Virus record (IMG/VR): IMGVR_UViG_3300023197_000052
Location: 1-38,163 of that record
From: a virus
Lineage: Duplodnaviria; Caudoviricetes
Length of the DNA: 38,163 nucleotides
Strand: one strand, 5' to 3'
The notes beneath the pieces are model-generated. The model searched no databases and had not been told where the DNA came from. It saw nothing but the letters and a program-made list of their open reading frames with translations. Positions 26,473 through 34,474 of this stretch are shown piece by piece. Position 1 is the stretch's first letter. Each line of letters starts with the position of its first letter. Position numbers and translations under genes: made by a program.

Positions 26473-26854
26473 CACCCGATCGAAAAAAACGAAGAAGCGC
26501 ACCCGCTTCGCGGACCAGCGCTATCTGGAGCCGGCGCGGATCGTGCATGTCAGCGACAGCGAAGCGCCGCCGTCGCGCACGCGCCTGGAGTGTGCTTGTT
26601 GCGAGAAGCTGTTTTCCGGGGGGCAGGTCGTGGACGGGCCGGTGACCTGGAACGGCGCGGCCCAGATGTATGAGACCGAGCGGACGCTGTACTGCGACCA
26701 CTGCGACCACTTGCAGGTCTGGGGCGAGGCCCTGGACCGCGAGCACCACAAGACGGGCGTGCCGATCGAGCCGCCGGTTTTCATCACCGCGCAATCGGAC
26801 ATCGACGCCTTTTTAAGCGAGCACCCGGAAGCGAAGGGGACGATCGATGCGTAA
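26465..26854 (+). CDS. Zn-ribbon-like hypothetical protein
   Basis: CACC and CDHC pairs; GGGAGG RBS. Confidence 0.65.
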   Translation: MRSTRSKKTKKRTRFADQRYLEPARIVHVSDSEAPPSRTRLECACCEKLFSGGQVVDGPVTWNGAAQMYETERTLYCDHCDHLQVWGEALDREHHKTGVPIEPPVFITAQSDIDAFLSEHPEAKGTIDA

Positions 26855-27152
26855 GGCCAAGACGCTTTATCTGTACGCGGCGCCATTCGTGGTCGCCGGC
26901 GCGGCGGGCGTGATGCTCGCCTCAAAGCTGGGGCTGGGCTTTGGCGACATCCACTACTGGTCGCTGCTGGCGCTGATGGCGCTGTGCGCGGCGATCGGCG
27001 TGGACTTCGGCGTCGAGCTCGGCAAGCAGCGGGCGAAGCGGACGCAGTGGCGTGCGATTCTGCGACGTATTGAGCAAAACCACCAACACACGGCGTCCGA
27101 CACGACATGGATCCCAGACAAAAAACCAGACCGGCAAGGCACGGCTGATTGA
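26847..27152 (+). CDS. Small membrane protein (two TM segments)
   Basis: Two hydrophobic stretches; AAGGGG RBS. Confidence 0.65.
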   Translation: MRKAKTLYLYAAPFVVAGAAGVMLASKLGLGFGDIHYWSLLALMALCAAIGVDFGVELGKQRAKRTQWRAILRRIEQNHQHTASDTTWIPDKKPDRQGTAD

Positions 27153-27211
27153 CAATTTGATCAGGGTCGCCACCTGGTCCGCTTCAAGGCCATCACACAA
27201 GGAGATATTAA

Positions 27212-27844
27212 ATGGCCAATAAGCAAGAGCTGACGGTTGCACCACCGAACCTGCAAACGGGCGTGTTTCGCATTCGCGGGACCAGTCCGTATGTCCAGAA
27301 CAAGTTTAGTGCCAAGGCGCGTGAGGAGATGCGCCAGAAGCAGGAGGCCGGATCGACGGCCAACAAGGGCAAGAAGAAGGAGGCCAAGGATTTTGAAAAG
27401 GCGGCGGAAGCTGGCAAGCACTACGCCTCGGACGGCTGGATCGGCATCCCCGCGCCCGGCCTTCGCAGCGCGCTCATCAGCGCGTGCCGGCTAGCCGGCT
27501 TTCAGATGGTCAAGGCGAAAATTGCCGTGATGGTCACGGCGGACGGCTTTGATGTCACTGACGGGACGCCGCTGGTCAAGATCGTCAAAGGTGAGCCCGA
27601 GTATCACGAAACGTTCGTCAGAAACGAGAGCGGCGTGGCCGATCTGCGGCCGCGACCGATGTGGCAGCCGGGCTGGGAAGCGGACGTGCGCATTCAGTTC
27701 GATGCGGACATGTTCACTTTGCAGGACGTCGCAAACCTGCTGGTGCGCGCCGGGATGCAGGTCGGCATCGGCGAGGGTCGAAACGACAGCCGCAAGTCGA
27801 CCGGCATGGGGTGGGGCCAGTTTGAAGTGCTCGCCAGCGAATAA
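27212..27844 (+). CDS. Stand-alone RAMP-superfamily (Cas7/Csm3-like) RNA-binding protein
   Basis: Strong AAGGAG RBS; FRIRGTSPY first strand, GIPAPGLRSALISA (compare IPGSSLKGALRS), C-terminal Gly-rich loop GIGEGRNDSRKSTGMGWGQFEV. Confidence 0.8.
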   Translation: MANKQELTVAPPNLQTGVFRIRGTSPYVQNKFSAKAREEMRQKQEAGSTANKGKKKEAKDFEKAAEAGKHYASDGWIGIPAPGLRSALISACRLAGFQMVKAKIAVMVTADGFDVTDGTPLVKIVKGEPEYHETFVRNESGVADLRPRPMWQPGWEADVRIQFDADMFTLQDVANLLVRAGMQVGIGEGRNDSRKSTGMGWGQFEVLASE

Positions 27845-27856
27845 AAGGGATTAAGC

Positions 27857-28360
27857 ATGGCAGTGAAGCCGAACGAAGAGCAGCAAGCGGAACTCGAACG
27901 GATTCGACAGGATCACGGCGGCATCCTGAACCCCAAGGACGTCGTGGCCGCAGCGTCTGACCCAAGCAACCCGCTTCACGGGTGTTTCACCTGGGATGAC
28001 CGCAAGGCCGCTTACGACTTTCGGTTGTGGGAAGCCCGCCAGTTGATCCGCGTGTCGGTCACCGTGCCCAGGCAGACGCAGCGGCCGACGCGCGCTTACG
28101 TCAGCCTCGATCAACAACGCGCCAACGGCGGCGGCTATCGGGCGCTCGCGGAAGTGCTTGAAGACGACGAGGCGCGCGAACAGCTTCTGCGCCAGGCGCT
28201 GCGTGAGCTGAAGGCGATCGAGCGCAAGTACCGCGAGCTAAAGGAGCTTGCCCCGATTTTCGAGCAGGCCGAGCAACTGCGACTGGACCACGCCCCGGCC
28301 GAGGCGGTCAACGAACCCGCCGCACAACCGTCAGCCGTGGCTGCGCTGGGCCAGGCGTGA
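27857..28360 (+). CDS. Partner protein of the RAMP gene (G.L.P..VV..A.DP..PLH..F.WDD..AA...R...AR.LI type)
   Basis: 167 aa, 12 bp after the RAMP stop, AAGGGA RBS; the 3' end overlaps the first degenerate pentamers. Confidence 0.75.
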   Translation: MAVKPNEEQQAELERIRQDHGGILNPKDVVAAASDPSNPLHGCFTWDDRKAAYDFRLWEARQLIRVSVTVPRQTQRPTRAYVSLDQQRANGGGYRALAEVLEDDEAREQLLRQALRELKAIERKYRELKELAPIFEQAEQLRLDHAPAEAVNEPAAQPSAVAALGQA

Positions 28361-28820
28361 CACGGCCGGCTAGGCCAGGCCAGGCTAGGCACGGCAAGGC
28401 GCGGAGTGGCGAGGCGCGGCAAGGCAAGGCGAGGCGCGGCAGGCGCGGCAGGCGAGGCCGGGCGAGGCGTGGCGCGGCGAGGCGCGGCGTGGCCAGACGC
28501 GGCAGGCGAGGCGTGACCAGGCGCGGCCAGGCTGGGCCAGGCGAGACCAGGCGCGGCCAGGCCAGGCGTGGCGGGCGAGGCGAGGCACGGCGGGGCAGGG
28601 CCAGGCGAGGCGGGGCGCTGCAAGGCAGGCCAGACTGGGCCGGGCCAGGCCAGGCCTGGCCCGGCAGGGCATGGTGATGCGAGCCGAGGCGAGTCTCGGC
28701 AGGCGGGGCACGGCGTGGCGAGGCGTGGCCAGGCGAGGCGAGTCTCGGCAGGCGAGGCTTGGCGAGGCGAGGCCCGGCGAGGCGAGGCCAGACTGGGCCG
28801 GGCTTGGCACGGCAAGGCAA
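28334..28820 (+). repeat. GGC-NN pentamer array, putative non-coding guide RNA precursor
   Basis: About 91 pentamers by manual count with near-constant GGC and variable NN, in blocks of 6, 14, 1, 10, 13, 10, 14, 9 and 14 separated by 4-nt GGCA/GGCC/GGCG. Confidence 0.9.
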
Positions 28821-28823
28821 AAC

Positions 28824-28851
28824 CACCGCGGGGCGTAACCGTCTCGCGGTG
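28824..28851 (+). other. Hairpin closing the pentamer array
   Basis: CACCGCG-G-GGCG-TAAC-CGTC-T-CGCGGTG, 12-bp stem including two G-U pairs; no U-tract. Confidence 0.7.
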
Positions 28852-28877
28852 CATTGAGAAGATCGGCACCGCACGCT

Positions 28878-28910
28878 GACATCAGACATCAAACATCAGA
28901 CATCAAACAT
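28878..28910 (+). repeat. Heptamer repeat (ACATCAG/A)n before transposase start
   Basis: GACATCAGACATCAAACATCAGACATCAAACAT; a related repeat lies on the - strand at 7192-7234. Confidence 0.85.
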
Positions 28911-28913
28911 TCA

Positions 28914-31217
28914 ATGACCGAACCCGCCTTACAACTTCACCGCCCTGATCGGCCGCCGGACGCCGCTTCCGGGGGCGGGGATTGGTCCCAATGGATCAGC
29001 GCGGCCGAGGCCGCCCGGCGGCTGGGCAAGGACCGCGATGCGCTGCTGCGCACCTGCCGGCAGAAGCTCCAGCATCAGGGGCTGGCCTATCACGGCACGC
29101 CCCCGAACGGCGGCAACGCCCGGTGGTTTGTCTTCCGGGGCTGGGCGCCCGGCAAGCTAAACGACGGGCCGGTGGGGGTCGCCCATCAAACGCCCGATTT
29201 GAGCCAGTACCCGCGGAAGGCGGTGCAGATCGCCTGGCGGCGCGTGCAGGCGGTGCAACGATTCCGCGAGGCCAAGCGCACGCGGCGCGGGCGAGTCGCC
29301 GACTGGCTCGATGACTGGATTCATCAAATGCGCGGCGAGCTTGGGATCAAGATCAGCCAACGCTCGTTGTATCGCTGGAATCAGCTCTACCAATCACCGG
29401 CGGATGTTGAGCAGCTGGTCGATGGCCGGGGCGGCGACCAGAAAAGCCTCGGCGATCCCGCGGCGTGGGATCATTTCAAGGAGCTTTATTTGGACGACCG
29501 CCAGCCCAGCCTCAAGCAATGCTGGCGCTATACGAAAGCGGAGGCCAAGGCGCGGGGCTGGAGCTGGTGCAGCGAGCGGAGCTGCCGGCGTCAACTCGAT
29601 GAGCGCATCCCTCCGGAAACCCAGCAATACCATCGCGCTCCGCGCCAGTGGCACAACCAGCGCGATTATCTGGCGCAAAACCCCGAGCGGTTCGGGGCCA
29701 ACGCGTGCTGGGTCGGCGATCATGCCCAGCTCGATTTCTGGTGCTTGTTCGGCAAGAGCCTGATCCGGCCGTGGCTGACCGCCTGGCAGGACTGGCGGAC
29801 GCGTCGGCTGGTCGGTTACACGCTAAGCGCCTCGCCCAACTCGTCCACGATTTTGCAAGCGTTCCGCGCGGCGGTGAAAGATCCCGCCAACCCCGGGCTG
29901 CCGGACGAGGTGCTGATCGACAACGGCAAGGATTACGACAGCTACGTCTTTAACGGACAGACCAAAAGCCAGCGGCTGACCAAGCAACGCCTCGAAGCGG
30001 ACGAACCGGAGTTCCGGGGGCTGTTCGGGATGCTCGAAGTCGAGGTGCATTTTTCCCTCGCCTACAACCCCGACTCAAAGGCTCGTTTGGAACGGTTGTT
30101 CGGCACGATCCACGGGTTTTTCGATAAGTTTCAATCGACCTACTGCGGCCGATCAAGCGAGGCCAAGCCCGAAAGTTTGGCGGAGACGCTCAAGCACCCG
30201 GAACGCATTCCGACGTTCGAGAACGTGGTCGAAAGCTTCCGGGGGTTTGCCAGCGAAATCAACAAGCGCGCCGATCACGACATCGCCGATCTGACCACGA
30301 CCGGCGACGAGCAGGGCCAGCCCGTCAGCCCCGATTGGGCGATGGACCAATGGTGCGACCGCAAGCGCGTGCCGGCCGATCCGCGCACGCTCGACCTGTT
30401 TATGATGCACTGGCACCAGCCGGTGCAGGCCACGCGCAACGGCATTTCGATCAAGCCGCTGGGCAAAACGCTCACCTATGGCGCCCACGATCCGGCGCTG
30501 ACCCCGTACAAGGGCACATCCAAAAAAGACCGACCCTGGCTGCACGTGGCCTACGACCAGAACGATCTGTCCACGATCGAGGTATTTGACCACCAACTGC
30601 GCCACATCACCACCTGCGAGCTGAATCAGTACAAGCAGCGCGGCGGCCAGCAGGGGCTCAACCGGCGCGAGCTGCAGCGCGCGATGAAGCGCCAGCGCGA
30701 ATACCAGAAAGCGCTCAAGACGGTGAAGGACAACCGCGAGCTGGAGATGCTCACCCAGGCCGAGCTGTTGGCGAAGGTCAACGCCGAATCCGAGAACACG
30801 GACCCGCCGCCCCCGAAGGGCGATGGGACCGATCAGCCGGCGGCGCTCGCGCCGGTGCGCACGCCGCTCGACGGCCAGGCCGAGCAGATCGAAAAAGGGC
30901 GGCAAAAAGAGCGTATGCGCCAGGCCGCCGGCGCGGAACACCACGGCGATGCAACGTCGGTTGATGACGATGAAGACACCGATCAATACACCAGCCTGGA
31001 CGACCTGGCCGAGCTTGGCCGCCAGCGCCAGGCCGAGCGCGACGACGACGAGGGGCCGATCGATTTAAGCGAGCATCGGCCCCCGGCACACCCCGAAACC
31101 GCGGACGATGACGATCAGGACACGGACGTCATGGACTCGCCCCCGCTTCGGCTGACCGAGCATCGCGATCACCGCGATGACGAGGATGAGGCGGGGCATT
31201 TGCTCGACGAGCTGTAG
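28914..31217 (+). CDS. MuA-like DDE transposase
   Basis: N-terminal HTH (WISAAEAARRLG), ISQRSLYRW, WVGDH, IDNGKD, SKARLERLF catalytic motifs, VAYD..DL..I.V C-domain, acidic tail. Confidence 0.93.
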   Translation: MTEPALQLHRPDRPPDAASGGGDWSQWISAAEAARRLGKDRDALLRTCRQKLQHQGLAYHGTPPNGGNARWFVFRGWAPGKLNDGPVGVAHQTPDLSQYPRKAVQIAWRRVQAVQRFREAKRTRRGRVADWLDDWIHQMRGELGIKISQRSLYRWNQLYQSPADVEQLVDGRGGDQKSLGDPAAWDHFKELYLDDRQPSLKQCWRYTKAEAKARGWSWCSERSCRRQLDERIPPETQQYHRAPRQWHNQRDYLAQNPERFGANACWVGDHAQLDFWCLFGKSLIRPWLTAWQDWRTRRLVGYTLSASPNSSTILQAFRAAVKDPANPGLPDEVLIDNGKDYDSYVFNGQTKSQRLTKQRLEADEPEFRGLFGMLEVEVHFSLAYNPDSKARLERLFGTIHGFFDKFQSTYCGRSSEAKPESLAETLKHPERIPTFENVVESFRGFASEINKRADHDIADLTTTGDEQGQPVSPDWAMDQWCDRKRVPADPRTLDLFMMHWHQPVQATRNGISIKPLGKTLTYGAHDPALTPYKGTSKKDRPWLHVAYDQNDLSTIEVFDHQLRHITTCELNQYKQRGGQQGLNRRELQRAMKRQREYQKALKTVKDNRELEMLTQAELLAKVNAESENTDPPPPKGDGTDQPAALAPVRTPLDGQAEQIEKGRQKERMRQAAGAEHHGDATSVDDDEDTDQYTSLDDLAELGRQRQAERDDDEGPIDLSEHRPPAHPETADDDDQDTDVMDSPPLRLTEHRDHRDDEDEAGHLLDEL

Positions 31218-31219
31218 CC

Positions 31220-32326
31220 ATGGCATCCGATGACATTCTCGATCGCATTGCCCAGGACGCACGGAGGCTGCGCGTGGCACGGAATCTGCCCGAAGGCAAA
31301 CTGAGCTGGGATTGGATCCAGCGCGTTCAGCAGGACTTCGAGGAGCTGCTGCACGCCCAGGGCCTGTCGGTGCAACAGGTCTCGCGGAAGCTGGGCAAGG
31401 GCTTTAGCCCGTCCACGCTCAGCCAGTTCCGGTCGATGGAAAGCGGCGATGAATACATCGGCGACATCGACCGGATCGTGCGCGGCATCAACCAGTTTAT
31501 TGAGACTTACGTGCGCAGCCAGCAGGTGCAGCGGCCGCGCGACTGGATCGACACAGCCGTGGCCAAGCGCATGATGAGCGTGATCCGCAACAGCGTGGAG
31601 CTGACCTCGATCGGCATCATCTATTCGGACGCCGGCCGGGGCAAGACGATGACCCTGCAGGCTGCGTCGCAAACGTTTCCGGGCTCCATCTTGCTTCGGA
31701 TCGGCCGGCGGTCGCGCACCTGCCCGGGGCTGGCACGCACCCTCGCCCGCACGCTTCGCATGAAAAGCAACCGCACGACCGGCGACCTGGAAGAAGCGCT
31801 GATCGATCAGCTCACCGGTTCGGGCCGGCTGATTCTGATCGACGAGGCGCATCAGCTCGACTTCGCCGCGCTCGAATTGCTTCGCGACTTACACGATGAG
31901 TGCGCTTTGCCGATCGTCTTCGCCGGCACGATCGACATCAACAAGAAGCTGACCGACAGCGACGTGTTTTACGGCCAGTTTAATCGGCGTGTGGCGGCCC
32001 GTTACGACGTCACCGAAAACCAGCGCGACGGCGGCGGGTCGACCAAGCCGCTTCACTCGGTGGACGAAATCCGCCGCATGTTCCAGGGCGAGCAAGTGCG
32101 GCTGACCGACGACGGGGCCACCACGCTGATGCATATGGCCAATCTTTTGGGGATGGGCGGGCTCGGCCTCTGCAACCAGGTCATGCTGATGGCTCAGCGC
32201 GTGGCGGAGGATGGCATAGTGGACTCGAAGACGATCCTCAAGGTCGTCAAGCAGATGCACGGTGTCGAGCACTACAAGCACAGGGTCGAGCGCGCGATTG
32301 AAAACAGCGACGTGAAAGCAGCGTGA
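31220..32326 (+). CDS. MuB-like transposition AAA+ ATPase
   Basis: N-terminal HTH, AGRGKT Walker A, LILIDEAHQL Walker B, LRDLHD, IVFAG, QFNRR. Confidence 0.93.
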   Translation: MASDDILDRIAQDARRLRVARNLPEGKLSWDWIQRVQQDFEELLHAQGLSVQQVSRKLGKGFSPSTLSQFRSMESGDEYIGDIDRIVRGINQFIETYVRSQQVQRPRDWIDTAVAKRMMSVIRNSVELTSIGIIYSDAGRGKTMTLQAASQTFPGSILLRIGRRSRTCPGLARTLARTLRMKSNRTTGDLEEALIDQLTGSGRLILIDEAHQLDFAALELLRDLHDECALPIVFAGTIDINKKLTDSDVFYGQFNRRVAARYDVTENQRDGGGSTKPLHSVDEIRRMFQGEQVRLTDDGATTLMHMANLLGMGGLGLCNQVMLMAQRVAEDGIVDSKTILKVVKQMHGVEHYKHRVERAIENSDVKAA

Positions 32327-32838
32327 TCATGCCCCCGGAAACGGACCGCCAGCAAATCCTCACCGAGCTCACGGCCGCCGCCGTGCCGGACGGCCACGGC
32401 CGGCTGTGGTGCGACCTCACGTGCGTGCGTGAGACGCTCCAGCGCTACCTGGCCGATACCGAGCCCCAGCCCGAAGCGGCGCATCCGCCGCACCCCTCGG
32501 TGTCGCTGATCATACACGAGAGCGAGCGGTTGTTCGGCGTCAGCGCCTTGCGCGAGCATCGCGGCCGAAGCAAGCCGCATCACCGGGCCCGCATGACGGC
32601 GGCGATCGCGATGGCCGAGCTGCGCGGCATGGGCCAGCCCGAGATCGCGGCGGCGCTCAACTACGCCAGCCATTCCTCAATCGTCAATCTGATCCAGGCC
32701 GGCCGGCAAGACGACCAGGTCGCGCACGCGCTGCTCAATCTCTTGCAGCGCTTCGGATTCGTCACTCCCCAACCGCGCAATCGAAAGGACTCGAATGCAA
32801 CCAGCGCACCAACAACCGATGAAGCGTGTGCGGCCTGA
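32323..32838 (+). CDS. Protein with DnaA C-terminal (domain IV)-like HTH
   Basis: RSK..HRAR..A......L.GM...EIAAALN..HSSIV pattern. Confidence 0.65.
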   Translation: MIMPPETDRQQILTELTAAAVPDGHGRLWCDLTCVRETLQRYLADTEPQPEAAHPPHPSVSLIIHESERLFGVSALREHRGRSKPHHRARMTAAIAMAELRGMGQPEIAAALNYASHSSIVNLIQAGRQDDQVAHALLNLLQRFGFVTPQPRNRKDSNATSAPTTDEACAA

Positions 32839-33052
32839 AGAGGCGCGGATCAACGCGAAAAACGCCGGCCAGGAGAAGCCTGAAAGCGCCCAGCGCGTGA
32901 ATCAGCGCGGCTCGATTGACAATGCGAACCACGATCCGCAGATCGACGCCTCGGCGAACCGCATCGCGACCCAGCACATGCGCGACTTCGGCTTTTGCGA
33001 CTACCGCGTGCCGTCCGGGGGCGGCCAAATGGCCCACGGCATTCGTGCTTAA
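32819..33052 (+). CDS. Possible small hypothetical protein
   Basis: ORF fills the operon gap; start uncertain (32795 or 32819). Confidence 0.35.
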   Translation: MKRVRPEEARINAKNAGQEKPESAQRVNQRGSIDNANHDPQIDASANRIATQHMRDFGFCDYRVPSGGGQMAHGIRA

Positions 33053-33097
33053 GTTTGGTTCACAGATTACACAGATTGTACGGAAAAAAGGATTTAC

Positions 33098-33439
33098 ATG
33101 AGCAAAGATGGAAAAATAAGCAGCGCCGGTGTGACGCACGACCAAGTCGTTGAGTACATCAATGAAGTGGTCGGCGGCGACGATCCGCTCGCGCCATTGG
33201 AGTTGGCCCAAAGAATCGCGCTGAAGGCGCTGGAAAACAGCAACGGCGATAGTTTGAAAACAGTCGTCCGCGATGCGGATGAGCAACCGCTTTACGCCAT
33301 GATCGTCGTCAAGGGAGAGGGCACCGGCGAAATCGTCGCGGCCGTCGATGCCATCGAAGACCGATGGGAACGCGAACACGACCAAAAGGTCGAAACCAAC
33401 GGCCAACAGCCAACGGCTAAAAGCCATGAGTTGGAGTAA
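33098..33439 (+). CDS. Hypothetical acidic protein
   Basis: 113 aa, AAAGGA RBS. Confidence 0.65.
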   Translation: MSKDGKISSAGVTHDQVVEYINEVVGGDDPLAPLELAQRIALKALENSNGDSLKTVVRDADEQPLYAMIVVKGEGTGEIVAAVDAIEDRWEREHDQKVETNGQQPTAKSHELE

Positions 33440-33923
33440 CACCCAAAAGCAACTGTTCGCGCGGGCGTGCCAAGGGGCGGGCCTGGACGATGACATGCGC
33501 CGACTGATCCTCGGCCAGTGCGAGGGGCGCGCGGTGCACGGCGGCCGGATAACCTCGACCAGCCCGCGTCTGACGCAGCGCGACTTTGAGCACTGCATGG
33601 CCGTGGTCGAGCGCAGCTCGCCCAACGACCAGGTGCAGATCAAGCGCGGCGGCGCGCTTCGCTTCCCGCCCGGCCACTGGCAGCAGCAGGCGACCGACGA
33701 GGGCGAGCGCAAGCGCTTGATTCACCTGGCGTATCAGTTGGCGAAGGGCATCAGCGCGGCGATGGAGAGCTGGCCGGCGGCGGACGAGGCGCTGGTCGGC
33801 TGGATTCAGACGCGCATCAACCAACACCGCAGCTCGGTCGAGGAGCTGCCCCGGCGCGAGCTGACGGACCTCGTGCACGGACTGAAAGCCTACGCGCGGC
33901 GGCACAAGATCGACGCCGCGTAG
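33426..33923 (+). CDS. GemA / Mu gp16 (DUF1018)-like protein
   Basis: A....GLDDD.RR..L....TS...LT N-terminal pattern and L...E...L..GLK...R C-terminal pattern; typical of Mu-like phages. Confidence 0.75.
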   Translation: MSWSNTQKQLFARACQGAGLDDDMRRLILGQCEGRAVHGGRITSTSPRLTQRDFEHCMAVVERSSPNDQVQIKRGGALRFPPGHWQQQATDEGERKRLIHLAYQLAKGISAAMESWPAADEALVGWIQTRINQHRSSVEELPRRELTDLVHGLKAYARRHKIDAA

Positions 33924-33954
33924 CACCACGATTAACTGACGAGAGGACCGATTT

Positions 33955-34474
33955 ATGCCACTTGGAAATCAACGATTGCTGGACCCCGTCGATCGCAAGC
34001 GCGACATGGAGGTGAGTGCGATCGCAACTCAGTGGGTGACCGCCATTGACGCGGGGGGGGCTGGACGCTGCCGACAACGGCGGCTCGACCATCATCGATC
34101 CGAGCAACGCGATCAGCAGCGACACACGGCATCCCTTGTCTCGCCCGACCGACCGGGGCAGCGCGCTGATGGTCCGCTTCGGCTACGCCAACGGCGACAC
34201 GCCCAGCACCGATCCGGTCGTCCAAATCTTCGGCCGCACGGGCTCAGATGTGTGGCAGCCGATTTTCAACGACCTGGGTCAGCGTGAAATAACATTGCCG
34301 ACTGACATCAACACTGATATTGACGACGGGACAAACAAACACACCCACCCCGACCCAAGCAAGCACCGGCTTGATCCCGCCGGCTGCCGAGAGTTATTGG
34401 TCGGTGTCAAAACGGCCTACGCCGTGAGCTCGGGGGATGCCTCGCTTGCGTTTGTTCAGATCAAGGTCATCTAA
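33955..34474 (+). pseudogene. Hypothetical gene split by a G8 homopolymer frameshift
   Basis: GAGGA RBS at 33955; G8 at 34053-34060; G7 would join both ORFs into 172 aa ending with TAATG coupling to the next gene. Confidence 0.7.

Noticed and set aside
27149-27180. TTGACA upstream of the RAMP gene as a dedicated promoter
   Set aside because: No acceptable -10 element at 16-18 bp spacing.
28334-28820. Classical CRISPR array or simple microsatellite
   Set aside because: No 25-40-nt repeats with spacers; positions 4-5 are too diverse and too strictly confined for a slippage repeat.
28135-28892. Arg/Gly- or Pro/Ala-rich ORFs spanning the pentamer array on both strands
   Set aside because: Stop-free by-products of the GGC-NN repeat; a 5-nt period with 4-nt interruptions does not fit codon-level selection.
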